From Isurus oxyrinchus (Eukaryota), in assembly GCA_026770705.1 (NCBI GenBank), contig JANJGN010000035.1:8556001-8620000 (forward strand): a stretch of 64,000 nucleotides of DNA, written 5' to 3'. This document shows positions 26,461 through 37,640 of the stretch, one piece after another. Positions within the stretch are counted from its first letter, which is position 1, and every line of letters begins with the position of its first letter. The notes below the pieces were generated by a model. It worked only from the letters and a program-made list of their open reading frames with translations. It did no database searches and was not told the origin of the DNA. The position numbers were made by a program, and so were the translations under genes.

Positions 26461-26851
26461 ACGAAAAAAAACATTACCCAGAATCAGGACCTGTGTGTGA
26501 GTTCATTGGAGGAGCGGCATTTATTTTATTTTTACCTCGTATGTTTGTTAGCTGCTCACGATACAATTTGACGTATTTCAGAGGGAAAATAATCTAAATT
26601 GTTATGGCGTCCACAATGTACTCAATTACTGACCTGTGTCTAAAATTAGACACATATCCACAGAAGGTATTGGAGACAATGGAATGATATAATCATATGC
26701 ACATACATCTTCAGTAATGTCCTTGTGCACATTGCTGAAATGTACTGTCGCCCTGCGATCAATTTTTAAAGTTGAAATTATATAATGGAGTTTCTGGAAC
26801 ATGTATTGTGCCCTCTAGCAATGAAAACAATATGCATGTGCATCATTTCAG

Positions 26852-27022
26852 TGAAAAGGCGTTGCAGAACAGGAAAGCATGGATCAAGTGTATGTTTCTC
26901 CGCTCCATGACATACCTGGCACCCTTGTCCCTGCTGGCAAGTTTTATCATTTCGAACACACAATGGAACATCTCACTGATATTATGGGAAAGGACGTGGC
27001 AAATATTTCACTCATCTGGGCG
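26852..27022 (+). pseudogene. GTPase exon F (hydrophobic segment): EKALQNRKAWIKCMFLRSMTYLAPLSLLASFIISNT-[frameshift]-MEHLTDIMGKDVANISLIWA
   Basis: Acceptor catcatttcag| in phase 2 (matches exon E) and donor |gtatgg. NR.A motif followed by a hydrophobic stretch. The protein-like reading switches frame at AACACACAATG (~26955-26965). Confidence 0.72.
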
Positions 27023-27199
27023 GTATGGATCTATTGTTTGACAGAGAAATGTGATGCAGGATTCAGCTGAGTAGATTATCCGTGCAATAAGTAGGCTGGT
27101 TTTTTAATGTGTGCCTCAGAAAATTGGAAATATACACTCTGGAGTATAGAGCAATAGAAGGTTAATGTCTCTGCTTTGCAAGGTTATGAATGGTCATGA

Positions 27200-27900
27200 A
27201 ATAATTAATGTTAAATTTTGAGTTCAATGCTTCCCTGCTGGCGTTTTTCGTTGGGTGGGCTGGTGGATATCGGTGACTGAAATAGGATAAATTGACCCCC
27301 CGTTGGGTTCCTTCAGGCCCGAACTCCCAACAGTTTTCCACAAAGGAGTGGGTCATAGCATCGGGCAGGCCCACCGCTCTTCCACAGTTGAAGTCCTTAA
27401 GTGAAGAGTTAGTAGCTAATTAGAAGCTGCTTCCAGCTCAGGCTCAAATATTAGGCTGGTGGGAGCATTTCTCCAATGTGAATGAAGCCCGTAAATCATC
27501 GGGTTTAGGCCTCGGGCTGAAAGTGTGCGCCATTTTCTGAAGCCCCCTTCTAGCATTGCATGCAACCCCACTATCTTGTCTTCCAGCTCTATTACCGTAT
27601 CCACCTGCCAAACATGTATCTTTTACCGGCATCTCCCCCGACAACCCGACTGCCCGCTAAGCACTCCTGAAGTCTTCAATACCCTCTCTGCCCTGAGGTC
27701 CTGAATGCTAAACCTTACAGCCATTCCTGGGACTTAAGCCGTGAGCTCCTCATGAATGTATTTTAGTGCCCATTGCAGTTTCTGTCACTGCAGGGACTGA
27801 AGAGCTCTCATTCAATCCGATTGTTTGGCAGCACACTAAAGCGTTTCTTACGCTCAGGTGAGGGGCATAAGCCCTCTTGCAGGCAATTCATGATTGAACA
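27200..27900. mobile_element. GC-rich interspersed repeat, putative non-autonomous DNA transposon (Harbinger/MITE-like)
   Basis: Shares phrase-level similarity with 49790-50400 and 58720-59110; no coding capacity. Confidence 0.35.
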
Positions 27901-28599
27901 TGAAAAAAAGAAAAAAACATGATACTTCTCTGCCTTCCATACAAATAATTTGCATGTGCTTTCTGTTCTTTTCCAAAGCCGAAGATTCTTCTGCTTCGTG
28001 ATTTAAAGGTCTTTGGCTTATTAGTTTCATTACATATTTTTCTGATCTCACCGCTTTAGCCATTGGAACAGAAGCACCAGAGATGTCCTCTTTTATTGAC
28101 TTTCCATTCCATCAACAATCACAGTAAATAGGCCTTCTTACACCATTACCAGAAACTGTGGTGCGTTGCTGTCCTAATCATATCTGCAGTTCTGCAACAA
28201 AAGCAGCATTCTGAAAGAAAGTTACCTACATGAAAACATGTTGAACTGCCCATTGACTCCGAAAATCCCTCCTCTTCTCTGTGCACCTTACATCACAAGT
28301 AACCAGATGCAACTTATATTATTTTGCATCCTAGATTTCCGTCATTCAATATCCTATATAGACATTCCAGGTGAAACAACAATTAATTTGAACTTTATAT
28401 ATAACACACCGTTACTAGTCACTCTCGAATACTTTTTGCCTGCACGTGGTCTGTCCAACAACTGGAGAACAAACGTAGATTGATTCCAGGTTTTCTGATC
28501 ACGTCCATTCATTTTGCAAAAGTGACACTGAGCTTCCAGTTTTTTTGTGATTTCATGTTCTAACTGGTCGCCCGTTGAATATGCCATTGCTGTCAAACA

Positions 28600-29050
28600 C
28601 TGTCCTTCTGCTTCCAAATATATGTTCAGCAACTGCATCCGCTCATGCAGTTAGACACTTTACATGGTTCCCAACAAGGCATCGAGATTAATATTTTCAC
28701 ATCATAAACTCAGCCTCAGTACTTCGGATTAGGACCTGTATTAATCATTGCGGCTTTCCCACTAACACCACCTCTGAACCGATCTTTTGCTAGGCTAACG
28801 GTGTTTCATTATCACCTCATTTCAACCTGCACCATCCTCATGTTTGCCAATTTATCTTTCCTGCCACAACCTCCCACAGATCAATGCTTTTGGATTCCCC
28901 TGCCACCACATCCTCTGTTCGGTACAAGCATAAAGTTTGTCAAATAAATAAAACTTTCCAGTTCTGAGACATGAATATTTAAACCAATATTCTCTCACCG
29001 CAAATGACACTGATGTCCGGACTGCTTTCAGCATTTAATATTTTCACATG
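28600..29050 (+). mobile_element. Penelope-like element 3' remnant, highly degenerate
   Basis: ttagacactttaca (LGTL-like) followed by a terminus ending ...ctgctttcagcattt. Confidence 0.4.
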
Positions 29051-29499
29051 TATTGCAGTAAAACTGGAACTGTTTCGGGACACAATGTTAAGGACCTTTG
29101 TTCTGTCTGTCCTCCTTATAGTGATTACTTGTTAGTGTGTGCAGCACTGCAGGGGCAGATTTAGTCTGTCTTTAAACTGTGATGTAATTATACGTGGCAC
29201 GTTTAGTAGCTCAATAGTGTTGGAGCACCATTCTGTGGAAGAGCCATGGTGTGACTGAACAGCAAAGGCCTAAGCTGATGGGAGTTGATTTGAGTGTTAA
29301 ATGTAATTTAACAGATGATATTTCAGTTTATGCATGGCATATCTCGTAGATGCACAGGAAAATAAAAAGAATTCAACCTCCAAATTTGGAAAGATACGCT
29401 GTCGCTAAATCTTACTGAATGTGAACTGAGAGAGTTTATTTGGACAGTTTAGAGGAAACTTACCTGTATACATGCTATCTAGTTTTCCTGGAGTGCTTC

Positions 29500-29660
29500 A
29501 GTGGTTGTAGGGGGTTGTGTGGCACAATGTGTAGCATCTCTTCTGTTCAGCCAGATGGGTCCAATTCATGCCTTGCTTCGGGACTCGTTGGCTATGGAAG
29601 CAATAATGTTATTATTGTGGCCGGGCAAGTTGATCATCAGTCTACAAATAATTCTAGTAT
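29500..29660 (+). mobile_element. Short SINE-like fragment
   Basis: ggggttgtgtggcacaatgtgtagc tRNA-like head. Confidence 0.35.
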
Positions 29661-29943
29661 TAATGAAAAGAGGCTTTAAAAAGCGGGAGAATTTCCTTCT
29701 CAGTATGACTGCCGAAGGCTACATAAAACAATTGCAGTATTTTGCAAATATAATCGTTGATTAATCAAGTGGGAGTCCATTATCACTTTGGACATTAAGG
29801 AGGAATAATCTTTGGATAGTGTAAATGCCGATTTTTTTCTGTACCAAATTCATATTGTACCCGATGTGGTAACAGTTGTTTTCTGATTTGTTCAGCTCTT
29901 AATGGTAAGTGTGATGAGATGCTCGAATTATGTCTATACTCAG

Positions 29944-30091
29944 AATATGGTGGTGAGCGAGAACAGCTTCACATATTTCTGGGATAAAATAATTGTTTCC
30001 GATTTTACCTTGGCAGTAGCAGTGCAGTAGCTACACTTTCTTTCAGGGGAGTTCAATTTTATTTGTTTACTTTTTGCTGACATGGTCTCAG
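29944..30091 (+). pseudogene. Weak candidate for the missing second hydrophobic exon (NMVVSENSFTYFWDKIIVSDFTLAVAVQ*LHFLSGEFNFICLLFADMVS)
   Basis: Acceptor tatactcag| and donor |gtaatt, hydrophobic and in the expected interval. However, it contains a stop, and its end phase and length do not fit cleanly. Confidence 0.2.
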
Positions 30092-30929
30092 GTAATTCGA
30101 TACATTAGGAAGAAACTACAATGTCTCGTACTTTACTTAACCTGGAAGAGATCAGCCTTTACCAGCAATTTAACACAATAGCATGTGGACATAATGGTGA
30201 ATTGCATAAAAAAGAAAGTGTGTGCAAATACCTCCTCAGGTATTCCGGGTCTGTCAAACATGTAAACATGTTCATTTCTCTAATTACAAGTGGTGCATAT
30301 CAAACATCTGGAACTGGCTAACTGGAGACATAAATCTCCTGGCTCTGAAAATATTGATTTGCCTCATGTTCATCTCGATGATGCTTGCAAAGTGTTGCTA
30401 AAGTTATATGTTATCCAGTTTATTCAGCTACTGACAACAATTACACGACTTGTTGTGTTCAGGAAGCATGCATTGTCACTCAGAAAGACTTTATTCAAGA
30501 CACAAGAGGCTTTCAGAAGATGTGGAAGTAGAAAAGGACCTAACAAGTAGTGATACTGTTAAAACAAAAGAACAGCAATAATACACTGAGTCCAGATGGA
30601 AGAAAGGGAAGATCAGAGACTGGGTTCATATTAGAGTTTACCACCATGAGAAAATGGGAAAAAGGTACAAAATACATAGGACGAGAGATATAAAGACTAG
30701 GAGACAGATTTAGGAAATGGAACATAGGGTTCGACAGAGATATAGAGACAGAAAGAGAGAGATAGGACTACATAGAGACACGGTGGAGAGAGAGAGAGAG
30801 AGCCCGCGAGAGGTTCACTGGCTGTAATAGAATATTATCACTTCCATGTCTGTAAAAAGAGTATAGTTACACCGGAATCTTACTTATCAAACTGAGCAGA
30901 GATAGCTTTTTCATGCATTGGATGTGTAA

Positions 30930-31250
30930 GAATTTTTACCTATTCCTATTTGCCCTTGCTTTGAGGGCATTTAAGAGTCAAACATATTGCTGTGTCTGGA
31001 GTCACATGTAGGCCAGACCTGGCAAGGATGGCAGATTTCCTTTTCAAAACACCATTAGTGAGGCGAATGTTTGTCTTTTCTACAGAAATCAACAATGGTT
31101 TTATGCTCTCCGTTAGAATTTTATTTCCAGGTGATTATTGAATTAGAATTCCAGCAGCTGCTTCGGCAGAGACTTGAACCCAGGTCCCCATAGCATTACC
31201 CTGGGCCCCTGGATTACTGGTTTATTAACAATATAACTAGGCTACTGCCT
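30930..31250 (-). mobile_element. tRNA-type SINE, shark family
   Basis: gagggcatttaagagtcaa...ggagtcacatgtaggccagacc...ttgaacccaggtcccca...ggattactgg; reverse complement of the 20540 family. Confidence 0.75.
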
Positions 31251-31442
31251 CTTCCCTTATCCCTTAATGAAGGGTTTATCCTCAAATTGCAAATATTCGT
31301 TAGAGCATTGACTTTGGATAATGTCTGCAGATTCAGATTGACAGGTCTGAAATAATAAATGGCTATGAATGAGGATAACGAGGAACTGTTGATCTTCGCA
31401 CACTACCCAGGTCTATTCTTAATTTCTGTCTCTATATTTCAG

Positions 31443-31528
31443 CATTCAATGCACCGTAGGGAGGAGAGAGAAAAAAACAAGTGCGAGCAAACCGTTATTC
31501 TGTCCAACGTGTTGTGGTTGAGAAAAAG
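31443..31528 (+). pseudogene. GTPase exon G: IQCTVGRREKK-[+1 A]-QVRANRYSVQRVVVEKK
   Basis: Strong acceptor ttctgtctctatatttcag|, phase 2; donor |gtcact; 86 bp, one more than a frame-preserving 85, with an A7 run at 31471-31477. Basic cytoplasmic-tail pattern ending VQ.VV..KK. Confidence 0.72.
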
Positions 31529-31702
31529 GTCACTGTCTGTTATTGCCCTGTTACTTCCCTGATTCGAAGTATCCTTCTTGTCTTCTCATATCCACTGCTG
31601 CATTTATTGCAAAACAATCATATGCAGATATGTAAATCTCCAAAATGTATTTCACGATATATTGCATTTACATAATTCATTTTATAAACCTTTTTTTTGC
31701 AG

Positions 31703-31759
31703 GTGCAGCTCAATGAGATGTATCTCTCTCAGTGTCTCTCAGAACAGGAATTGTGCTAA
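31703..31759 (+). pseudogene. GTPase terminal exon: VQLNEMYLSQCLSEQELC*
   Basis: Acceptor ccttttttttgcag|, phase 0; L.E.YL.Q..S..EL* terminal pattern; TAA at 31757-31759. Confidence 0.78.
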
Positions 31760-31872
31760 CGCGTTAATAGAGAGAGCCCACGTGTAGAAAATAGCATTGT
31801 TAGTGCCTAGCTCCGAGCTTCCGTGATATGTATGACACGTGGTGATGTAAACGAATGGAAACATTGTCTTCC

Positions 31873-31878
31873 AATAAA
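31873..31878 (+). promoter_or_regulatory. Candidate polyadenylation signal AATAAA
   Basis: First AATAAA seen after the terminal-exon stop, about 115 nt downstream. Confidence 0.45.
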
Positions 31879-32519
31879 CTGAGAATCCTATGCAGTCTGA
31901 CCTCTCATTTCTTCTGGAAGTTGCATTATTTATCTTCTGCCTTCTCTTATTGTGCTCATTATACTGCAAGCATGATGTTCATCTAGCACCCAATATGTCA
32001 CAATCAAACATTCCAGTGCATTGGTCAATTTCATAGGACTCATATAAAATATAAGCTGGAATCTACAGGTCCCACACGCAACCTTAGGAATGTGTATTTT
32101 GGAGGCTACAATTTTGAACTCAATTAATCATCAGAAAGTGATGCACTTCGGATTTCAATTTGATAATTTGAGTGGCATATATTTTTCCATTATATTTTGC
32201 TAGAATGTAATCACAAGCCCCTTGAAACATGACTTTAACATTGTATTGCAAGACCACTAAACGAACGATAAAGAATTTGTATCATTGTTGTAATTTTAAA
32301 TACATATGAATTCTTCCTCTCGGATATTTAAGTAAGTTACACTCCACAGGTTTCCCAGGCTCGAACTGCAAATTTAGTTATACCATGTTTACAAAGGTTC
32401 CCGGAGGATGATGATGAGGGCATTCATAATCTACAATACTATTGAATGTCAAAGGGGCTGGTTCGATCCTTTAATTTTTGGCAATGCTCACTCACGTCTT
32501 GCCAATGTGATTGCCACTT

Positions 32520-32830
32520 TTTTTTTTTTATAGCCAGCATTTATTGCCCAGCCCTAAGTGTAATTGCTCAGACGACATTTAAGTGTCACAACATTGCTCT
32601 GGGTTAGGTTCACATGTAGGTCAGACAATTTGAGAACAGAGGTTTTCCATCCCTAAAGGGACATTAGTGCAGCAGGTGCTGTTTTTCCTCTCCATAAAAC
32701 AATGCTTAAATGGTCATAAACATTTGGCCTTTAATTCAAGATTTCCATTGAATTCAATGTCCACAATCTGCCATCACCATTATGCAAGGACTTTGATAAC
32801 AAGTCCATTGACAATAACACTACGCCATCG
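32520..32830 (-). mobile_element. tRNA-type SINE, shark family
   Basis: Poly-T, then agccagcatttattgccca (tail), then the same body as 30930-31250. Confidence 0.7.
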
Positions 32831-33810
32831 CCTTCCAAACAGCCTAAGCCTGAATAATTTCCAGTCTCGATGTATAAGGACATGGATTCTCTCAGTATTG
32901 AGGACCTGAGAATGCTGATGAATTTTGTGCATTCATCAGCGAAATGTCCAACTTCTGAGGTTATAATGGTACAAATGAAGGCGGATGAGCCTGGAAAATA
33001 ACACTGAAGAACACCTGTAGTAATGTCCCTTGACTGCAATGATTGTCCACCAGCAACCACAGCCATCATTCCTTCTGTTGGTCAGCGTATTAAAAAGTAT
33101 CACAATAAAAAGTTGAGAGTTTCCTCCTATCCCATTTGACATCAAAATTCCTACTTCTCCTTGATGCCAAAATTGTCCATCTGTGCTCTCTCTGCTAAAC
33201 ATTTGAGTTCAGCTCTTTTGTCCATGTTTGAACTAACGCTGTGAATTTGTGGGAGCTGCTTGGTTCCGCTGAAACACAACCTGATCGTCAGTGAGTTCGT
33301 TGCTGTTGGGTAAATGCCGCTCAATAGCACTGCCGGCGGCACTTTCCACCACTTTGATGTTGATCAGGATCAGAAAAATTGGGAGGTAATTGGCTTGAAT
33401 GGAATTTTCCTGTTTTTAATTTCTGCATAGGAGTCATCTGTGATTTTTTTTTTCATTGCGGGGTGGGTGCCCGTTTTTCTTCTGTACTGGAATGGCATGG
33501 CTGCAGCTACTTCTGGGCCACAAATGTTTTGCTTCATTCTAGCAATATTGTGAGACCCCATAGTTTTTGGGGCTTACAATCCCTTCATCCTTTCCCTTAT
33601 CTTAAATGGCGTGAATCAAATTGGTTGATGGCTTGAATTTTCAGTTGTTGGGCACCTCAGGAGGTTGCCGAGGTGAATCATGTACATTGCATTTCTACCT
33701 GAAGACGTTTGCAGTGCGTCAGCCTTTTATTTTGCACTGCAATTTTCAGTCTTTCCATCACTGCGAATTAATTTTGCCTCCAATTTGTTCTTTGAATTTC
33801 CAACATAGCT
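32830..33810 (-). mobile_element. CR1-group LINE family B ORF2 fragment
   Basis: Minus-strand VVAGGQSLQSRDITTGVLQ...SEVGHFADECT motif. Confidence 0.8.
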
Positions 33811-34400
33811 GAGCGGGCCACCAGAGGTCTGAAAAAAATTCTGAACATGCAAGTCAGAAACGGTTTACCTGCAAAATCGCTAAGCTCGCTGGTGAAGTCC
33901 ACTTATGCTTGGACTCCTCATAAACATTGGCATTATCCGCGAACACTGTGAGATGTAATGCTCACCATCCTGTATATCGAAGCTGAGTTACTCTGCGTAG
34001 ACATTTGGGAGGAGGTGGATATAGTATGAAGCTCCAAACTCACCGCACAGGTTGGCAAAATAACGTGAATCCTCTCAAGCACTGGACCGGTTACCGAACC
34101 AGCTTGAAACCTACACACGCTTGGCAGGACTTTAAAACACTGTAAAAACTCACAGAAAGCTGACAACATTCCCACAGGCAATACAACTCCATTATACAGC
34201 TGAGAAGATCCAAATACATTGAGCCGTCCCATCAACAGCTGGCAGGCTCCAAGTCCATTAAAAACAGCTGCAAAATGCAGCGATTTAGATACCAAACTTA
34301 AATAGCCATATAGACATGGTACGATAGTGAAGTTATTGATAATCCCAGGAGCATCTGGTTAATTTCCACTACCTCCATCCTAGGCTCTCAAGTAATCTGG
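33810..34400 (-). mobile_element. Degenerate PIF/Harbinger-like element with N-terminal transposase remnant
   Basis: Minus-strand YPPP-[fs]-NVYAE*LSFDIQDGEHYISQCSR resembles the YP..RVYR...SF.....E.C..RLR start of HARBI1-like transposases; several stops. Confidence 0.4.
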
Positions 34401-36529
34401 GCGCATCAGTTATGAGTAGTGTTTTCAGGTTAATTAGTGTTACAGGTTCCCAATCAAATGGATCGCCATGAATTTTGCAGAAAATGGTAGAAACATTACA
34501 AATATTATAACATTCTGCAGTCATAGTGTAGAACGAAGGATTAGAAATGTCTTTATCATCCTGAGAAGTTATACGAGTCATCCCCCAAATGCACGGTAAT
34601 CCAGAGAGTAATGTTGGAGGAGGGAGGGGCGTGGGGCTTGGGGGTATGGGAAGGAGAACTTTTAGGTTGACTGTGAGTTTGGTAGCACGCTTCTTAATTA
34701 ATCCCGGATTTTAAAGGCAAATTAAAATTTAATGGAACTTTTTTTTTGTTTCTTGTGAAACCTAAGTGACAGAATTAACATCCCCAAATGAAATACATAA
34801 TGCAATTGTTGGAATAACTGCCCGTATCAATTCTTTATGTTCTGCTTAGAATTAAGCTGATATAAGTGCAGAGCTGTTCACTTTTTTTAATCAAATAAGT
34901 CCTTCGGCCGGACTTTCAATAACGTGTGAAGGTATTAGGCAAGCTGGAGAGTCCATTTGCAGCAATTTTTCCAGAGGTGATTGACTACAGATATGTAAAT
35001 AGATTAGAGAACCAGGGTCTGCCCGCCTTCGAAAAAAGGTCTTGAAAGGAAAATTGAAGAGGGGTTAATATCATGAGCGGACTGTAAAAGGGAAATGCTG
35101 CCTTCATTGTTCCAATTGATCGATAGGGCGAAACCTTTAATTCCCACCGAGGTAGAAGGACCAAAGTGCGATTATTATCTGTGCACAGTAAAAGGTCTGA
35201 ATGACACAGGAGGAGAATGTCTTTTTTTTTGCATTTATATGCAGCACATTCCTAGATGCTGTAAAGTACTGTCTTAGAATGTCACAGCGGTTGATATCAA
35301 CCAGCTTTTCAAAAAAGAATTTGATAATTAAATGAGAAGAAAATATAATACCAAGCTGCAGAGAAGCGCCAGCTGAGTCCAACCAGCTTACTTCCTCAGG
35401 TTTATAAAAAAGAAGCGGATCCAATCACATTGTATTTTTTTTGGTCGAAACAAACACGACGCTATGATTCCATGAGACACAATAATTCTACCTTGCGGTA
35501 ATGACTCATCATTCTGCAACCCAAGCTCAGCAAAGCATGATTACGATCATAAAACCATTTGGCCTCCATAAACCGGTCTTCCCTTGGGAAAGACTATAGA
35601 GAGGTTCAGGTTATTATTTCCGATTTTCTTTTTAGCTTTAGTGCAATATTCACGGAATCAAAGTGCATTGATCAGTTCACCCAATAGGATAATCTCTGCA
35701 ATGGTAACTAATGCAAAACACTCATAGACTACGTGATTAGAGCATTGTTTGCTGTCACATCCTGTACTGTAAAATGAGAAACACCACATGGCCCAAAGCC
35801 ATGCAAAGTTATATTTCTACAGGCTACTAACAGACCAATGAAACAAAACCGCCTACAACGAGCATTCCTAACCTGGGACCATCATAATCACGGTAATATG
35901 AAACCTATTAGCGGTAGTTATAGGGATGGCCCAGAAGGCAATTAGACATTCCATTGTAGAAAACCATCAACTGAGAAATATTCAGCCTCGTCTCTGAAAA
36001 AAAAACACGGCAAAAAAGTCACTTTCTTTCACAACATATCGTTGAGTCTGTAAGCTGACAGTAAACTTTTGATAGCGGTTTTGTAGCGGTGTAGTTCTTG
36101 TGACCTTACTTCCTTATGCACATGTGTTACTTGAATGCATCGAGCATGTTTATCATTTCTCCACAGTTTTTATGCTCTGCTTATCCTACAGTACTGTTTG
36201 TTTTTATACATGTTTTCAAATTACTGATAATTTGCAGTATCTCCGAGAAAATACCTGCCACATGAACTACAAATTATTTTAATGGACATACGCCCCGCAC
36301 TGGAAGCTACTCGCAAGACATATTAAAAAAGCTCTTACCATAATGAAAGCATATTGATAGTTGCTGTCCGTAAAGATAATTTAATTCGATATCAACATAT
36401 TAATAAGGCATTTGGAATAGTGCGTAGAGGTGTTAAGTCATTCGATTTCAACATCACACGCACTCATATCTCAAAAAAGTGAACAAAATATATAAGTTAA
36501 AGCATCAGCCATCTCAGTAAAAATGTCTT

Positions 36530-36850
36530 AAGGGGAGGAAGCGGAGTCACTGTAAATTCACCTGCTGAGCAATCCAAAGGCCCCGGTTAATTGTCTGGGG
36601 GATGGGATTCGAAATGTGTCACGGCAGCTGGTGGAATTTAATCACAGTTTATAAACCTGAAATTATCAATCAAGTCTCTGTTTTAGTAACCATTAAATCA
36701 ATATCAAATAGCATAAAAAAAATCTGTTTCATTAGAGTAGCAAATCTGCCATACCCATTTGGCCTGCATACGTTTTGTCTCCAGGCCCACATCATTGCTG
36801 TTGAATCTTTAATCGCTTAGCAAGCTGCTCAGTCGTATTTTAAAAAGAAA
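36530..36850 (+). mobile_element. tRNA-type SINE or LINE-B 5' region
   Basis: gggattcgaaatgtgtcacggcagctggtggaattta B-box-like head, as at 20590. Confidence 0.55.
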
Positions 36851-37036
36851 ATTCAAATAACAGACGGATCAGATGGCATTGCACTAGGCACTGGAAATTG
36901 CAGCACAAAGCCAGCCCTTTTGACCCTGCAAAGTGAACCTTCTTAAAATCTGGGCTAATGAATGTAAGCCGCGATTGCTGCCCAACAACCAATAGTTAGA
37001 CTTAGTAATACTCACGGCATGATAACCTACCACTAC

Positions 37037-37268
37037 AAAATCAGCAGTTGCTGGAAGAACTCAGCAGGGGTGACAGTTGACAGGAGACAAAGTCATTGTT
37101 AACGCTTTGAGTCCTTATGAATTTCTTGAGAACTGAACTGAAGTAAAATCATACGGGCTGGAAACACTAACTCTGTCCTTCTTTCCCCTGATGCTGTCAA
37201 GCCTCTTGAATGTTTCCTGTAATTTTTGTTTTTGTTTCAGATCTCCAGCATCCACAGCATTTTGCTCT
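37037..37268. mobile_element. Head-to-head inverted pair of Penelope-type terminal repeats
   Basis: Left arm gctggaagaactcagcagg...gttaacgctttgagtccttatga and right arm tcatacgggctggaaacactaac...ctgatgctgtcaagcc are imperfect reverse complements about ~37135. Confidence 0.65.
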
Positions 37269-37319
37269 GATAACTTACACCAACATCGCCTTCCCTGGAT
37301 ACGACGACAGGCCCACCAC

Positions 37320-37640
37320 TTAAGCGATGATTGTGTCGTGCTCCAGGCTGAATCTCTGGGGTACGATTAATGCCACAGCAGATGGTTGAGTTTGAATTCA
37401 ATATTAAATAAATTCTGGGATTACAAGCGTATTAATGCTGACTCTATAAAAAAAACCATCTGTTTTACGGATATCTTTCAGTGACGGAAATTCCTCATAC
37501 TTACCTGGCCTGATGTAATGAGACTCCAGACCCACAAAATTGTCCTTGACTCTGAAATGCCATCTCATCAAAGGCAATGAGAGATGGGCAATAAGTGCTG
37601 ACCTAGCCAGCGATGCCAACATCCCTTGAACGAATACATA
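37320..37640 (+). mobile_element. tRNA-type SINE with LINE-B tail
   Basis: Tail gatgggcaataagtgctgacctagccagcgatgccaacatccc. Confidence 0.75.

Larger units (their letters stand above)
3916..31759 (+). pseudogene. Multi-exon dynamin-superfamily (EHD/sarcalumenin-like) P-loop GTPase with C-terminal hydrophobic region; 5'-incomplete in window; apparently disabled
   Basis: Eight colinear exons with AG acceptors and mostly compatible phases. They encode a G2-region segment (TGVTRETPGF), G3 (FIDTPGLVDG), G4 (YLNKADEAG), a helical region, a hydrophobic segment and a terminal exon with TAA. Order and residues resemble my recollection of the uncharacterised fish/invertebrate family typified by zebrafish si:dkey-98f17.5 (not database-verified). 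Lesions at 14165, 18844, ~26960 and ~31477. Confidence 0.85.

Noticed and set aside
29501-29764. 87-aa hydrophobic ORF inside the gene span
   Set aside because: It starts in a SINE-like fragment, has no fitting donor site, and shows no family resemblance.
30463-30583. Possible terminal exon (..ERLYSRHKRLSEDVEVEKDLTSS..)
   Set aside because: A much better terminal exon with a proper acceptor, phase and motif lies at 31703-31759, and this one would precede exon G.
31359-31442. LLIFAHYP as the end of the missing hydrophobic exon
   Set aside because: It would imply a ~32-nt intron, too short, and the upstream frame is not hydrophobic.
33933-34295. 120-aa ORF with FKVLPSVCRFQAGS, reminiscent of GPR180 LKVL...LQAGS
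   Set aside because: The similarity is limited to a few residues, downstream spacing does not fit, and no matching exon structure is visible.
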